This document shows positions 29,649-39,210 of a stretch of DNA of 57,254 bases, piece by piece. Below the pieces are notes generated by a model. It ran no database searches. It saw only the letters and a list, made by a program, of their open reading frames with translations, and was not told the DNA's origin. A program made the translations under genes and the position numbers. Source of the DNA: an uncultured Fibrobacterota bacterium (lineage in GTDB: Bacteria > Fibrobacterota > Chitinivibrionia > Chitinivibrionales > FEN-1185); contig CAVWBU010000046.1 in assembly GCA_963753345.1 (NCBI GenBank), positions 1-57,254 on the forward strand. Reading direction: 5' to 3'. Within the stretch, counting starts at the first letter, position 1. Each line of letters starts with the position of its first letter.

Positions 29649-29876
29649 CTAACCGACGTTTTCCACGGTTTTCACTTCAGGAACGTTCGCCCTGAGCATG
29701 CGCTCCACGCCCATTTTGAGCGTCATCGCAGCGCCGGGACAGCCGTGGCATGCGCCATGGAGCTTCACCTTGACGACCCCGTCTTCGCCCACATCGACGA
29801 GCTCGATGTCACCGCCGTCGGCCTGAAGGTTGGGACGGATCTGGTCGATAACCTTCTGGACTTTTTCCTTTATCAT
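29649..29876 (-). CDS. NifU-like (Nfu) Fe-S scaffold protein
   Basis: IRPNLQADGGDIELV...GACHGCP...TLKMGVE. Confidence 0.95.
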   Translation of the reverse strand: MIKEKVQKVIDQIRPNLQADGGDIELVDVGEDGVVKVKLHGACHGCPGAAMTLKMGVERMLRANVPEVKTVENVG

Positions 29877-30025
29877 CGCCGCTCCTTGTGAATATTCCTG
29901 GACTAAAGTTGTTAGTAAGTATTAACGTTTACTTCGGGTGGAAATTTTGGGTGATTACGGATTTTTACGACCCTAATATACTTGATATCGTGGGTATGGC
30001 TAATACCAGTCAATTAGAAAGAGTA

Positions 30026-30199
30026 GGGCGTTCCCCTCGCTGCGCTCGGGTCGGCCGTCCTTCCGGTCCACCCCTTCGGGTGCTTCCAAGGGTCGTCGGC
30101 CTTTGGCCTCGGGCTGCCCGTCCCTACCGCCTTCGGCGAGGGATCGGGCAGCATCCCGCCCTAAGCGGGACCATTTTTCCAGTCCTGCCTAACGCGCGG
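30026..30199 (+). repeat. Family A structured repeat, copy 5
   Basis: GGGCGTTCCCCTCG...CCACCCCTTCGGGTG...CCAGTCCTGCCTAACGCGCGG. Confidence 0.85.
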
Positions 30200-30344
30200 C
30201 AGTGAGATAGATGCCGCTCTTGAAATGATCCTGTGAAATTTAAGGCTCCCTTGATCTGGTTTTTTTCATCGCCGCGAAGCGGCATACCTATGCGGTTGCG
30301 TTGCGAAGGGGCGACGGCTCGCGAGCGTCAAGCGAGCGACCTTG

Positions 30345-30446
30345 CCGCGCCCCTTTGCTGGAGGGGGTGTGCCCCGAGACCCCGCAGTCCCGCGGGACGA
30401 GGAGGCTTGGGGCCGGGGGGAAACGCGAAGCGGTGCCCCCACCAGC
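30345..30446 (+). repeat. Family B-related hairpin module
   Basis: Ends GGGAAACGCGAAGCGGTGCCCCCACCA, close to the reverse complement of 11991-12020. Confidence 0.55.
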
Positions 30447-30607
30447 ATTCTCTATGTAATTCTTTATGGAAAATCAAAATCACCATCGTATACTTAAGAC
30501 AATAAGGCATATGAATCGATTGACTATCATTCATATTTGTCTTATTTTGTTCTTCAATTTTAACGCAGAAAAGCCCTTCGTTTAACCATGGAAGGAACTG
30601 TTTCGCC

Positions 30608-31909
30608 GTGCAAATGGACAGCCAGGCCCAAGAACTCGATGAGGTGATATCCGCGGCAAATCCGCACGTGTTCGGCATGCTGTCCGAAAGGGGAAAGCGC
30701 ATTTTCTTCCCCAAGCGCGGGATACTCGCGCAGACTGCGGAGGCGTCGGGCAGGGCCATCAACGCCACCATCGGCACGGCGCTCGAGGACAACGGCAACC
30801 CCATGTGCCTCGAGTCCCTGTGGAAGCAGCTCAACCTTCAGAAGAAGAACATCTTCTCTTATGCGCCGAGCTTCGGCAGGCCCGAAATCCGAGCGGCGTG
30901 GAAGGACATGATGTTCAAGAAGAACCCGTCGCTTTCAGGCGTGGCAATAAGCCTTCCCATAGTCACGAGTGCGCTTACCCACGGACTCTCCATGGCAGGG
31001 TATCTGTTTGTAAACGAGGACGACGCCCTTGTCCTGCCCGACCTGTACTGGGAAAATTACGATCTGATCTTCACGCATGCGTACGGCGCCTCGATTGCGG
31101 CCTATCCCACGTTCTCGGGCAACGGCTACAACGTGGACGGGATGGCCAACCGGATTTCGGGCCTGCCCCGTGGAAAGAAGATCGTGCTGCTCAATTTTCC
31201 CAACAATCCCACGGGCTACACGGTCACCCGTGCAGAAGCGGTTGCGATCCGCGACACGCTCGTTGCCGCCGCAAACGCGGGCGACGACATCGTCGTCTTC
31301 ATCGACGACGCGTATTTCGGCCTCGTGTTCGAAGACGGCATTCTCACCGAGTCGCTTTTCGGCCTGCTCGCGTCCGCGCATGAACGGATCCTGTGCGTCA
31401 AGTTCGACGGCCCCACCAAGGAGGACTACGTGTGGGGCTTTCGGGTCGGCTTCGTGACGTTCGGGGTCAAAAACGGCAGCCCGCAATTGTACGCTGCGCT
31501 CGAGGCAAAGCTAGCGGGCGCCATTCGCGGAAGCATTTCCAATGCGTCGAACATCAGTCAGTCGCTGCTGCTCAACGCCTATGCGGCGGGCTCCTACGAC
31601 GCGGAGAAGCGCGAAAAGTACGAGGTGCTCAAGCGGAGGTACGCAAGAATCCGAACGATCTTCGCGGCGCACCCGGAATACGCCGGCGTTTTTACGCCGC
31701 TTCCCTTCAACTCCGGGTACTTTATGTGCGTCAGAATGGTTTCGGGCGACGCCGAACCGGTGCGCCAGAAGCTTCTTTCCGGATTCGACTCCGGCATCAT
31801 CGCGTTCGGCGACGTCATCCGCGTCGCATTTTCCTCCACGCCGTACGATTCGCTGGAAAAACTTTTTGACAATATCTACCGCGCCGGCCTTGCCGCGCGC
31901 AAGGGATAG
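30608..31909 (+). CDS. PLP-dependent aminotransferase class I/II
   Basis: NFPNNPTGY, DDAYFG, DGPTKEDYVWGFRVG. Confidence 0.93.
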   Translation: MQMDSQAQELDEVISAANPHVFGMLSERGKRIFFPKRGILAQTAEASGRAINATIGTALEDNGNPMCLESLWKQLNLQKKNIFSYAPSFGRPEIRAAWKDMMFKKNPSLSGVAISLPIVTSALTHGLSMAGYLFVNEDDALVLPDLYWENYDLIFTHAYGASIAAYPTFSGNGYNVDGMANRISGLPRGKKIVLLNFPNNPTGYTVTRAEAVAIRDTLVAAANAGDDIVVFIDDAYFGLVFEDGILTESLFGLLASAHERILCVKFDGPTKEDYVWGFRVGFVTFGVKNGSPQLYAALEAKLAGAIRGSISNASNISQSLLLNAYAAGSYDAEKREKYEVLKRRYARIRTIFAAHPEYAGVFTPLPFNSGYFMCVRMVSGDAEPVRQKLLSGFDSGIIAFGDVIRVAFSSTPYDSLEKLFDNIYRAGLAARKG

Positions 31910-31920
31910 CGCCCTTTCCC

Positions 31921-32604
31921 ATGACCACCATGTCCTCATCGCCGGTCCGCGGCATCATCTTCGACCTCGACGGCACGCTCTACGCGCTCCGGTGGAACCT
32001 CAAGCCGCTTCTCTTTGCAAAGCTCCTGCCCAAGGGCATGCGTCTGCTGCGCTTCCTTGAGACCCGCGGGACCTGCGCAGGCGCCGATTTCGGGTCGCGT
32101 GAGCGGCTGCTCGGCGCCGTATGCGCGGCGTATGCCGGACGGTATAAAACCGCCGCGGACGAGACCCGGCGCTGGATCGACACGCGGTTTTATCCCTCGT
32201 TCGTCTGGGTCATGCGGTTTTTCCGGCATTCTCGGCCCGGGATTGAAAAGCTGCTTTCCTCGCTGCGCCTGCGCGGCGTGCGCCTCGCCGTGCTGTCCGA
32301 CTATGCAAAGGTGGCCGAGCGCCTGGAACGGCTCCGTATTCCGGCCTCGCTGTTCGATGTCCTTGCTTCGTGCGAAGATGCGGGCGCGCTCAAACCCCAT
32401 ACGCGGCCCTTCCTGGAGGTTGCGCGGAAATTGGGAATACCGCCCAACGAAATGCTGGTGGTGGGCGACCGTGTCGAGACCGACGGGCTCGGCGCCAACG
32501 CCGCTGGCATGCGCTTCCTGCATGTGACCGACGGCTGGGCGAGGCAGGAGGGCGCGGTAAGGTGGGAGGAAGCGAAGAAGGTGATTGGAGCGCTGGAAGG
32601 GTGA
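31921..32604 (+). CDS. HAD family hydrolase
   Basis: FDLDGTL, KP and VGDRVETDG motifs. Confidence 0.9.
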   Translation: MTTMSSSPVRGIIFDLDGTLYALRWNLKPLLFAKLLPKGMRLLRFLETRGTCAGADFGSRERLLGAVCAAYAGRYKTAADETRRWIDTRFYPSFVWVMRFFRHSRPGIEKLLSSLRLRGVRLAVLSDYAKVAERLERLRIPASLFDVLASCEDAGALKPHTRPFLEVARKLGIPPNEMLVVGDRVETDGLGANAAGMRFLHVTDGWARQEGAVRWEEAKKVIGALEG

Positions 32605-32673
32605 GGGGTTAAAATTAGAAAAGCGCATTTTTTGGGGGAAGAACAGCCTGTCTCAAAACTCAAGAGAAGATTT

Positions 32674-32809
32674 GGGCGCCCCGCCGAAGACGGCGGCGGC
32701 CGTCCTTCCGGTCTCGGCCTACGGCCTCGGGCTGCCTGCCACGAGGGCCCTGCGGGCCGTGGTCAGGCAGCACCGCGCTCCAGCGCGGCCTCCAGTCCTG
32801 CCTGGCGCG
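32674..32809 (+). repeat. Family A structured repeat, copy 6 (GCGCC/GGCGC variant)
   Basis: GGGCGCCCC...CCTCCAGTCCTGCCTGGCGCG; an opposite-strand tail fragment lies at 32842-32861. Confidence 0.82.
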
Positions 32810-32867
32810 AAGAGAAATAATTGACTGAATAGAAAACCTCTGCGCGCGTTAGGTGGACCGGCGAGAA

Positions 32868-34037
32868 TCACTTTTCAAGTGCGATTTTTCTGAGCGCCCC
32901 GAGCACCCTGGCCCGGATAATTGTTGCAGCAAACTCGGCGGTCGCGGCGGCGCAGCACGAATTCCTCATAGCTTCGTAATTGTCAACAACTTCGAGGAAC
33001 CCGCGGAAGAGGTCGTCCGCGTCTTCGCTTTCCACAATCACGCCGGCGCGGTACTTCTTGAGAAAATCGCCCACGGTCGAATCGCGCGGGCCGTGGTAGA
33101 CAAACGGCAGTCCGAACCCAGCGTAGGTGATGATCTTGGTCGGGAGCGACGACGCCGCGAATTTCCTGCCCAGCGGCGTGAGGGGGTCGCAGGCGTAGCC
33201 GATGTGCATGCCGGCAAGGAATTCCTCGAATTCCCGGTCCGGCAGCAGGGCGTGAACCTTGACAAACGGCTCGGCTGCGGAAACCGCCGGGTCGAAACAG
33301 TGGAACTCAACCGGCCGGCCGGTGGCTTTCCGCAGGGCAAACAGGGCGCGCACAAGGTTGCGCGGCCAGGGAGGCGCGCAGTTGCTCGCCAGCCCGCCCA
33401 GGACCACGTTTATGCCTTTGTCAAGTGCGCGGCCGCCGGGGCGGGGAAGGCGGCGGACGCCGCGGGTCACCACCAAGGCGCTCACGCCGTACCGCTTTTC
33501 GTAGGTTGCGCGCATGCGCTCCGAGATGCAGTCGCGCGAAAGCGCGCGCTTGTAGCAGAACGCGAACGCGCTCCGCACGAGCCGGGCCGGAAGGGGATAA
33601 CTGCAGAGCTCCGTGGCGAGCACGGGGTCGTCGTGCACCGACACGTGGACCGGCACTGCGATGCGCTTCATGACCCGGCGGAAAACGAGCACGCTGTTGA
33701 AATCGAGCACCACCCAGCATACCTGCGGAGAAAATGCCGCGATGTCACGCATCACCGCATCCGCGGCGCGGCGTGATTCGGCAACGGTCAGGATGGCCCT
33801 TCGTGTCCTGGCAAATGGCTCTACAAGCGCGCGAATCGCCGCAGGGGGACGGTTGTTCTTTCCGTCAGGAGGCGGCGCTGCGGAGGGCTCCTTGCGCAGT
33901 GAAATCCACAGCAGTTTGTCTTCAGGGTAGCATTCAAGGATGCTCCGGAGTATAACGCCGCCGCCGAAACCGCCCGTTTTGGGGAACCCGGTGACCACGC
34001 ACAGCCGCGGATACGGGCCTGCGTCAGGAGAGTCCAC
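32868..34037 (-). CDS. Putative GT-B glycosyltransferase
   Basis: [29 protein letters not shown]; coupled to the epimerase gene. Confidence 0.72.
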   Translation of the reverse strand: MDSPDAGPYPRLCVVTGFPKTGGFGGGVILRSILECYPEDKLLWISLRKEPSAAPPPDGKNNRPPAAIRALVEPFARTRRAILTVAESRRAADAVMRDIAAFSPQVCWVVLDFNSVLVFRRVMKRIAVPVHVSVHDDPVLATELCSYPLPARLVRSAFAFCYKRALSRDCISERMRATYEKRYGVSALVVTRGVRRLPRPGGRALDKGINVVLGGLASNCAPPWPRNLVRALFALRKATGRPVEFHCFDPAVSAAEPFVKVHALLPDREFEEFLAGMHIGYACDPLTPLGRKFAASSLPTKIITYAGFGLPFVYHGPRDSTVGDFLKKYRAGVIVESEDADDLFRGFLEVVDNYEAMRNSCCAAATAEFAATIIRARVLGALRKIALEK

Positions 34038-35076
34038 GTTGCTTCCAGCCGCGCACGATGTCTTGGAAAATGGCGCTCAGGGACATGGTGATGCCCCACG
34101 ATGGATAGTGGGATTTCATCTTGGACAAATCGGAATAGTAGCAGATATGATCGCCGGCGCGGCTGGTCTCCACGTACTCGCTGCGCATCGGCTTTCCCGT
34201 GATGGCCGAGACAGTGGAAAACGCCTCGAGGATCGAGCACGAATTTGCCTTGCCGCCGCCGAGGTTGTACACTTCGCCGCACCGGGGGCTTTCGGCGAAC
34301 GCGGCAATGAACAGCGCGACGTCGAGTGCATGGATGTTGTCGCGTACCTGTTTCCCCTTGTAACCGAATATCTTGTACACCTTGTTTTCGAGGTTGACTT
34401 TTACGAGATAGCTCAGGAATCCATGCAATTCCACGCCGCTGTGGTTGGGGCCCGTAAGGCAGCCGCCGCGGAGGCAGCAGGTTTTCATGCCGAAATACCT
34501 GCCGTATTCCTGGACCATTACGTCGGCCGCGACCTTTGACGCGCCGAACACCGAGTGCTTCGACTGGTCTATGGAAAACGATTCCGGAATGCCTTCGGCA
34601 AAGGCAGGGTCGGCGTAGTCCCAGCGTGTTTCCAGTTCTTTCATGGGAATGTTGTTGGGCGCGTCGCCGTAGACTTTGTTCGTGGACATATGGACAAACG
34701 ACGCATCGGGTGCAAACCGTCTCGTTGCCTCCAGCATGTTGAGCGTGCCGGCCGCGTTCACGTCGAAATCGTCGAAGGGCCGGGATGCGGCGAGATCGTG
34801 GCTCGGCTGGGCAGCGGCGTGCACCACGAGGCAGGGCAGGACCTCCTTCATCGCGTCGAGAACTGCCTGCCTGTTGCGGATGTCAACGTTGAGGTGCCGG
34901 TAGTTGGGGAACTGGGAGATAAGGCGGTCACGGTTCCAGGTCGTGTCTCCGGCAGGGCCGAAGAAATCGGCCCGCATGTTGTTGTCGATGCCGCACACGC
35001 TGTCGCCGCGACGGGCGAAAAACGCCACAACCTCGCTGCCGATGAGCCCGCCCGAGCCGGTGACAAGGATTTTCAT
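34024..35076 (-). CDS. NAD-dependent epimerase (CDP-paratose 2-epimerase-like)
   Basis: [37 protein letters not shown]. Confidence 0.92.
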   Translation of the reverse strand: MKILVTGSGGLIGSEVVAFFARRGDSVCGIDNNMRADFFGPAGDTTWNRDRLISQFPNYRHLNVDIRNRQAVLDAMKEVLPCLVVHAAAQPSHDLAASRPFDDFDVNAAGTLNMLEATRRFAPDASFVHMSTNKVYGDAPNNIPMKELETRWDYADPAFAEGIPESFSIDQSKHSVFGASKVAADVMVQEYGRYFGMKTCCLRGGCLTGPNHSGVELHGFLSYLVKVNLENKVYKIFGYKGKQVRDNIHALDVALFIAAFAESPRCGEVYNLGGGKANSCSILEAFSTVSAITGKPMRSEYVETSRAGDHICYYSDLSKMKSHYPSWGITMSLSAIFQDIVRGWKQRGLS

Positions 35077-35158
35077 GGTTGCGTCCCTTGGGAATGAAAA
35101 TAGTTCATTTCGTATTTGAAGGATAAGACGTTCACTAATAAGAATGAAATATGAATAT

Positions 35159-35326
35159 GGGCGTTCCCCTCGCTCCGCTCGGGTCGGTCCACCCCTTCGG
35201 GTGCTTCCAAGGGTCGTCCTTCCGGCTCGGCTTTCGGCCTCGGGCCGCCACGGCCCTATGCCCCACAGGGCCGGGTCCGGGCGGCATCCCGCTTTGGCGG
35301 GACCTCCAGTCCGGCCTAACGCGCGG
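35159..35326 (+). repeat. Family A structured repeat, copy 7
   Basis: GGGCGTTCCCCTCGCTCCGCTCGGGTCGG...CCTCCAGTCCGGCCTAACGCGCGG. Confidence 0.85.
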
Positions 35327-35401
35327 CAGGAGCAATTCATTCAGTCGATTTGTATTTCTTGCGCCTGCCTTTATCTCTTAATTGTCAACTTGCAACTCTC
35401 T

Positions 35402-35576
35402 TTCTCGGTGCCCCCGCACCAGAAGTTTCTTTCTTGCAAATCAACTTCCTTGGGGGCTACCCACGAGGCGGTGTGGGTCCAGACAACCGGCGCGAAAACA
35501 AAAACAGGGGCACTTCATGATGTGCCCCTACGTTGCGCCGGTTGGCTGGACCCCAGGGGGAAACTTCCCCCGCCAA
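35402..35576 (+). repeat. Family B structured repeat, copy 4 (subtype 2)
   Basis: TTCTCGGTGCCCCCGC...TTCTTGCAAATCAACTT...GGGGGAAACTTCCCCCGCCAA; heptamer remnant upstream. Confidence 0.75.
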
Positions 35577-35656
35577 TTAATTCATTCCTCCTGCCTTTAT
35601 ATTTATCATATACACAGTGTATTTTTCCTCCTCCTCTTTCACCGAACGGAACACAC

Positions 35657-36574
35657 ATGTCTGCTGCAATCATTGCCAGTGACCTCACCAAGAAATTCGG
35701 CGGACTCACGGCCGTGAACGGCATTTCGTTTGAGATCGGCGAGGGCGAATGTTTCGCGTTTCTGGGGCCCAACGGCGCGGGAAAAACCACCACGGTGCAG
35801 ATGATCCATTGCGTTTCGCCGGTCACGGCCGGCTCGGTGACCGTGTTCGGCGAGGCCGCGGGACTTGACAACAGGAAAATCAAGGCGTTCACCGGCGTCA
35901 TTCCGCAGGAGATCACGCTCGACTCCGGCCTCACGGTGCACGAAAACCTTTTGGTGTTCGCCCGGTTCTTCGACATCGGGACGCGCGAGGCGACGAAGCG
36001 CGTGGACGAACTGCTGGAGTTCGTGGAGCTTTCGGCAAAGAAGAAGAGCAGGATCGACGAGCTTTCCACGGGCATGAAGCGGAGGCTGCTTGTCGCGCGC
36101 GCATTGCTCAACAGGCCCAGGCTCATCATCGCCGACGAACCCACCACCGGTCTGGACCCGCAGGCGAGGCACCTTATCTGGCAGCGGCTGCGCCTGCTCA
36201 AGAGCAAAGGCACCACGCTCATTCTCACCACCCAGTACATGGAGGAGGCCGAACAGCTCTGCGACCGGCTCGTGGTGATGAACGAGGGCCGCATTCTCAA
36301 GGAAGGCTCGCCGCGCCGGCTGGTTGAGGACGAGATCGGCAGGGAAGTCGTGGAGATACGGGTCGCCAAAGAGGAAGACGGGCGGCTTGTCGCGCTTGCG
36401 GCCGGCTTCAGCCGCGGCCACGAGCGCGCGGGCGATACGCTGTACTTTCACTGCGACAGCGGCCACGAGCTTGTCAAAAGGATAGTGGACCTCGGCCTGC
36501 CCGACGTGCGCAACAGGCCCGCGACGCTCGAAGACGTGTTTCTCAAACTCACCGGCAGGAGCCTTGCGGAATAG
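35657..36574 (+). CDS. ABC transporter ATP-binding protein (NodI-like)
   Basis: GPNGAGKTT, LSTGMKRR, DEPTTGLDPQAR. Confidence 0.93.
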   Translation: MSAAIIASDLTKKFGGLTAVNGISFEIGEGECFAFLGPNGAGKTTTVQMIHCVSPVTAGSVTVFGEAAGLDNRKIKAFTGVIPQEITLDSGLTVHENLLVFARFFDIGTREATKRVDELLEFVELSAKKKSRIDELSTGMKRRLLVARALLNRPRLIIADEPTTGLDPQARHLIWQRLRLLKSKGTTLILTTQYMEEAEQLCDRLVVMNEGRILKEGSPRRLVEDEIGREVVEIRVAKEEDGRLVALAAGFSRGHERAGDTLYFHCDSGHELVKRIVDLGLPDVRNRPATLEDVFLKLTGRSLAE

Positions 36575-36602
36575 GGGACCGTCCCGTGGAAAAGAGCATT
36601 GT

Positions 36603-37370
36603 GTGAACCTTTCGTACAGAATATATTACGTTCTTCTCCGGAACATCATTTCGTACAAGCGGTTCGTGCTCCCCACGTTTCTGGTGAGCCTGGGACAGCC
36701 GCTGTTCTATCTCATCACGTTTGGCGTGGGCATGGGTGCGTACATGGGATACATCGGCGGCAAGCCGTACCTGCAGTTTTTGGTCCCCGGCGTGCTCATC
36801 TCGTCGGTGATGCTGTCGTCGACCTTCGAATGCCTGTACGACACCTTTGTCAAGATGGTGCACGAGCGGCTGTACGATTCCCTCATCGCAACCCCGGTCT
36901 CGGCCGAAGATGTGGTCGCCGGCGATATCGCCTGGGGCGCGCTGCGCGGTCTTCTCTCCGGCGTGCTTATGCTGGTGGTGGCGATGTTCATGGGTGTGCA
37001 CCCGGCCTCGCTCGCGGGCGCGCTCGTGCTCGTGGTCGTGATGGCCTTTGTGGGCGTGCTGTTCAGCTCGCTCGCCATGATCGTGACCTCGTTCGCGCCG
37101 AACTTCGATTTCTTCAACTACTACACCGAGCTTGTCATCACGCCCATGCTGTTCTTTTCCGGCGTGTTTTTCCCGCTCGACAAGTTCCCGCAGTGGCTCA
37201 AGGTTTTCTCCCTCTTCATGCCGCTCACGCACGCGGTCAACATCTCCCGGTCTGCGTTTTCCGGCGAGCCCGTGCCCGGCGCGTGGTGGAGCCTCCTCGT
37301 TTTGCTTGGGCTTGAGATAATTGCTTTTGTCGTGGGTGTCAAGCTGATGAAGAGGCGAGTAGTTTCTTAG
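36603..37370 (+). CDS. ABC-2 permease (NodJ-like)
   Basis: YLQFLVPG, PMLFFSGVFFP, PLTHAV. Confidence 0.92.
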   Translation: MNLSYRIYYVLLRNIISYKRFVLPTFLVSLGQPLFYLITFGVGMGAYMGYIGGKPYLQFLVPGVLISSVMLSSTFECLYDTFVKMVHERLYDSLIATPVSAEDVVAGDIAWGALRGLLSGVLMLVVAMFMGVHPASLAGALVLVVVMAFVGVLFSSLAMIVTSFAPNFDFFNYYTELVITPMLFFSGVFFPLDKFPQWLKVFSLFMPLTHAVNISRSAFSGEPVPGAWWSLLVLLGLEIIAFVVGVKLMKRRVVS

Positions 37371-37393
37371 AGCAAGAATCATAATGGATTTAA

Positions 37394-37523
37394 GGGGGGG
37401 GGTATCCCCCTCGCTCCGGCCTCCTCGGCCTTTGGCCTGCGGTGTCCTTCGCTACCCCCTCGTGGGTGGCCCCCAAGAAAGTTGATTTGCAAGAAAGAAA
37501 CTTCTGTCGCGGGGGCACCAAGA
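37394..37523 (-). repeat. Family B structured repeat, copy 5 (subtype 2)
   Basis: AAGTTGATTTGCAAGAAAGAAACTTCTG...GGGGGCACC, reverse complement of the copy 4 core; heptamers at 37530-37559. Confidence 0.75.
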
Positions 37524-37644
37524 AAAATGGTTGAAAAGTTGACAGTTGGCGGTTGACAGCATGAAGCACATGAAAATGTCCCAATTATCACATGAAAATG
37601 TCACGTGGCGCAAGCATCACAATTTACGGAATGGATTTCCGTTG

Positions 37645-37812
37645 CCGCGCGTTAGGTGGACCGGAGGGTGCGCCAGAGCGCATTGCCGCCTGATCCCTAG
37701 CCGAAGGCGGTTGGGACAGGCGGTAACAAGGCGAACAGCCGAGCCCGGAAGGACGACCCTTGGAAGCACCCGAAGGGGTGGACCGACCCGAGCGAACGCG
37801 AGGGGAACGCCC
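37645..37812 (-). repeat. Family A structured repeat, copy 8
   Basis: Highly similar to 9-174. Confidence 0.85.
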
Positions 37813-37862
37813 AGAATCTCCTGCAATTCGCGAAGTGGTGTCCCCACCAAGAATTTATTATC

Positions 37863-38096
37863 CTATCTTCCCTGCTGCAGAATCCAGTTGAGCACCATAA
37901 ACAGCCGGTAAAAGAGCGCGAGGAGCGCGAGGATGGCGGCGTACAGCGCGGAAAGGAAAACGGTTTGCCGGGTGAAGAAGGCCGAGAGCTTCTTGCGGTT
38001 GCGGAAGAGGAGGAATCCGCCGGCGAGAAAGCCGAGGATCTTGACAAGTCGGATGACGATGGCAAAAATGGAGCGAAAGAACAGTGATTTATTCAT
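37863..38096 (-). CDS. Small membrane protein
   Basis: 77 aa with two hydrophobic helices. Confidence 0.6.
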   Translation of the reverse strand: MNKSLFFRSIFAIVIRLVKILGFLAGGFLLFRNRKKLSAFFTRQTVFLSALYAAILALLALFYRLFMVLNWILQQGR

Positions 38097-38155
38097 AAGA
38101 GTATCTTGGATCTCCGAAATGTTCTCGTCCCGCCGGGAAAAGAACTCAACCGGCC

Positions 38156-38476
38156 TCAGCGGGAGGGAATAAGTGTTCTTCTTACTCTTGGAATCTTCCT
38201 CATGAGATGAATCAGCCTTCGTGCAGGTCCGATAGGTCGTGAGCGTCCCAGTTCCCAGCCTTGAACGGTGCGAACGCTCACGCCAATGCTTTCGGCCAGC
38301 ACTCGTTGCGACACGTTAAGCTCCTTTTCCCGGATGCGTTTGATGTCGTGAACACTTATCTCGGTATCCTGAGAAGGAAGTTTGTATCGCCTGAAGGTGA
38401 TCTTTCCTGCATGGAAAAGACGGAGATCCTTCAGATTTCTTTTGGATTGTTGTGAAAGCGATGGCATTTTAAGCAT
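38156..38476 (-). CDS. XRE/HigA-type HTH antitoxin
   Basis: SQRVLAESIGVSVRTVQGWELGRSRP. Confidence 0.88.
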   Translation of the reverse strand: MLKMPSLSQQSKRNLKDLRLFHAGKITFRRYKLPSQDTEISVHDIKRIREKELNVSQRVLAESIGVSVRTVQGWELGRSRPIGPARRLIHLMRKIPRVRRTLIPSR

Positions 38477-38798
38477 CTTCGATCTCCTTTATTTCAAGGA
38501 CGACTCGGCCGAGGTCACTTTTTTCTTCCGGCGAGAGATCGCCCTTCGATTTTTTGCTGTAGAGGTTGAGCAGCCAAATTCTGTTCCTGGTATCATGGAA
38601 GTAGTAGATAATCCGAAATCCGCCTCTCTTGCCCTTGCCCTCACCACCGGCCCTGACTTTTCGCGCTCCGTGCGTGCCCTGAATCAAGTCTCCCTTGTGA
38701 GGGTTGATGATAAGCTCTTCCTCAATCTTGACCAATTTTTCCATGCCCAGAAAACGGGTTGCCAGTTTCGTAAAGATCGGCATTTCTATAAATTCCAT
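38469..38798 (-). CDS. RelE/HigB-type toxin
   Basis: MEFIEMPIF...GDLIQGTHGARKVR...GKRGGFRIIYY...YSK; toxin-first order. Confidence 0.88.
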   Translation of the reverse strand: MEFIEMPIFTKLATRFLGMEKLVKIEEELIINPHKGDLIQGTHGARKVRAGGEGKGKRGGFRIIYYFHDTRNRIWLLNLYSKKSKGDLSPEEKSDLGRVVLEIKEIEDA

Positions 38799-38892
38799 AC
38801 TATACGTAATATAAGTATACTTTATTACGCGGGCAATAGAAAAATGCGGCATCTGAAGGCGGGAAGGTTGGTTTTGAGGGCAGGTTCAGCCG

Positions 38893-39210
38893 CTAGAACT
38901 TGAACTTATACCACAGCACCACTAACGCCACGATCACCACAAGGCTCAGGATATTTGCCGCTATCTTGACATTCACCAGCCGCTCGAAAAGCGCCCTGTT
39001 CTTGTAATAGGACAGATTGGTGATTGCGTCGGTTACGATGCTCAGGGCGATAACAACGAGCGCGACGGAACGGATCGCCGAAGCCTCCGCAAAGTTCATC
39101 ACCGCGAACACGATAATGCCGCAGGACAGCGCGAGCCAGAAATACTGCACCCGCGGCTGCTGCGGTTTCTTTTCGAGAAGGTAGTTTCTGTACTCCTGAA
39201 GAAAGTTCAC
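38893..39210 (-). CDS. Small membrane protein
   Basis: Three hydrophobic helices; GTG start overlapping the radical SAM gene stop (GTGA). Confidence 0.65.
   Translation of the reverse strand: MNFLQEYRNYLLEKKPQQPRVQYFWLALSCGIIVFAVMNFAEASAIRSVALVVIALSIVTDAITNLSYYKNRALFERLVNVKIAANILSLVVIVALVVLWYKFKF

Noticed and set aside
35077-35656. Long N-terminal extensions of the epimerase and ABC ATPase ORFs
   Set aside because: They translate GC-rich repeat DNA; family-typical starts are at 35076 and 35657
9521-37851. Repeats as a CRISPR array
   Set aside because: Copies are dispersed, long and variable, with no regular repeat-spacer periodicity
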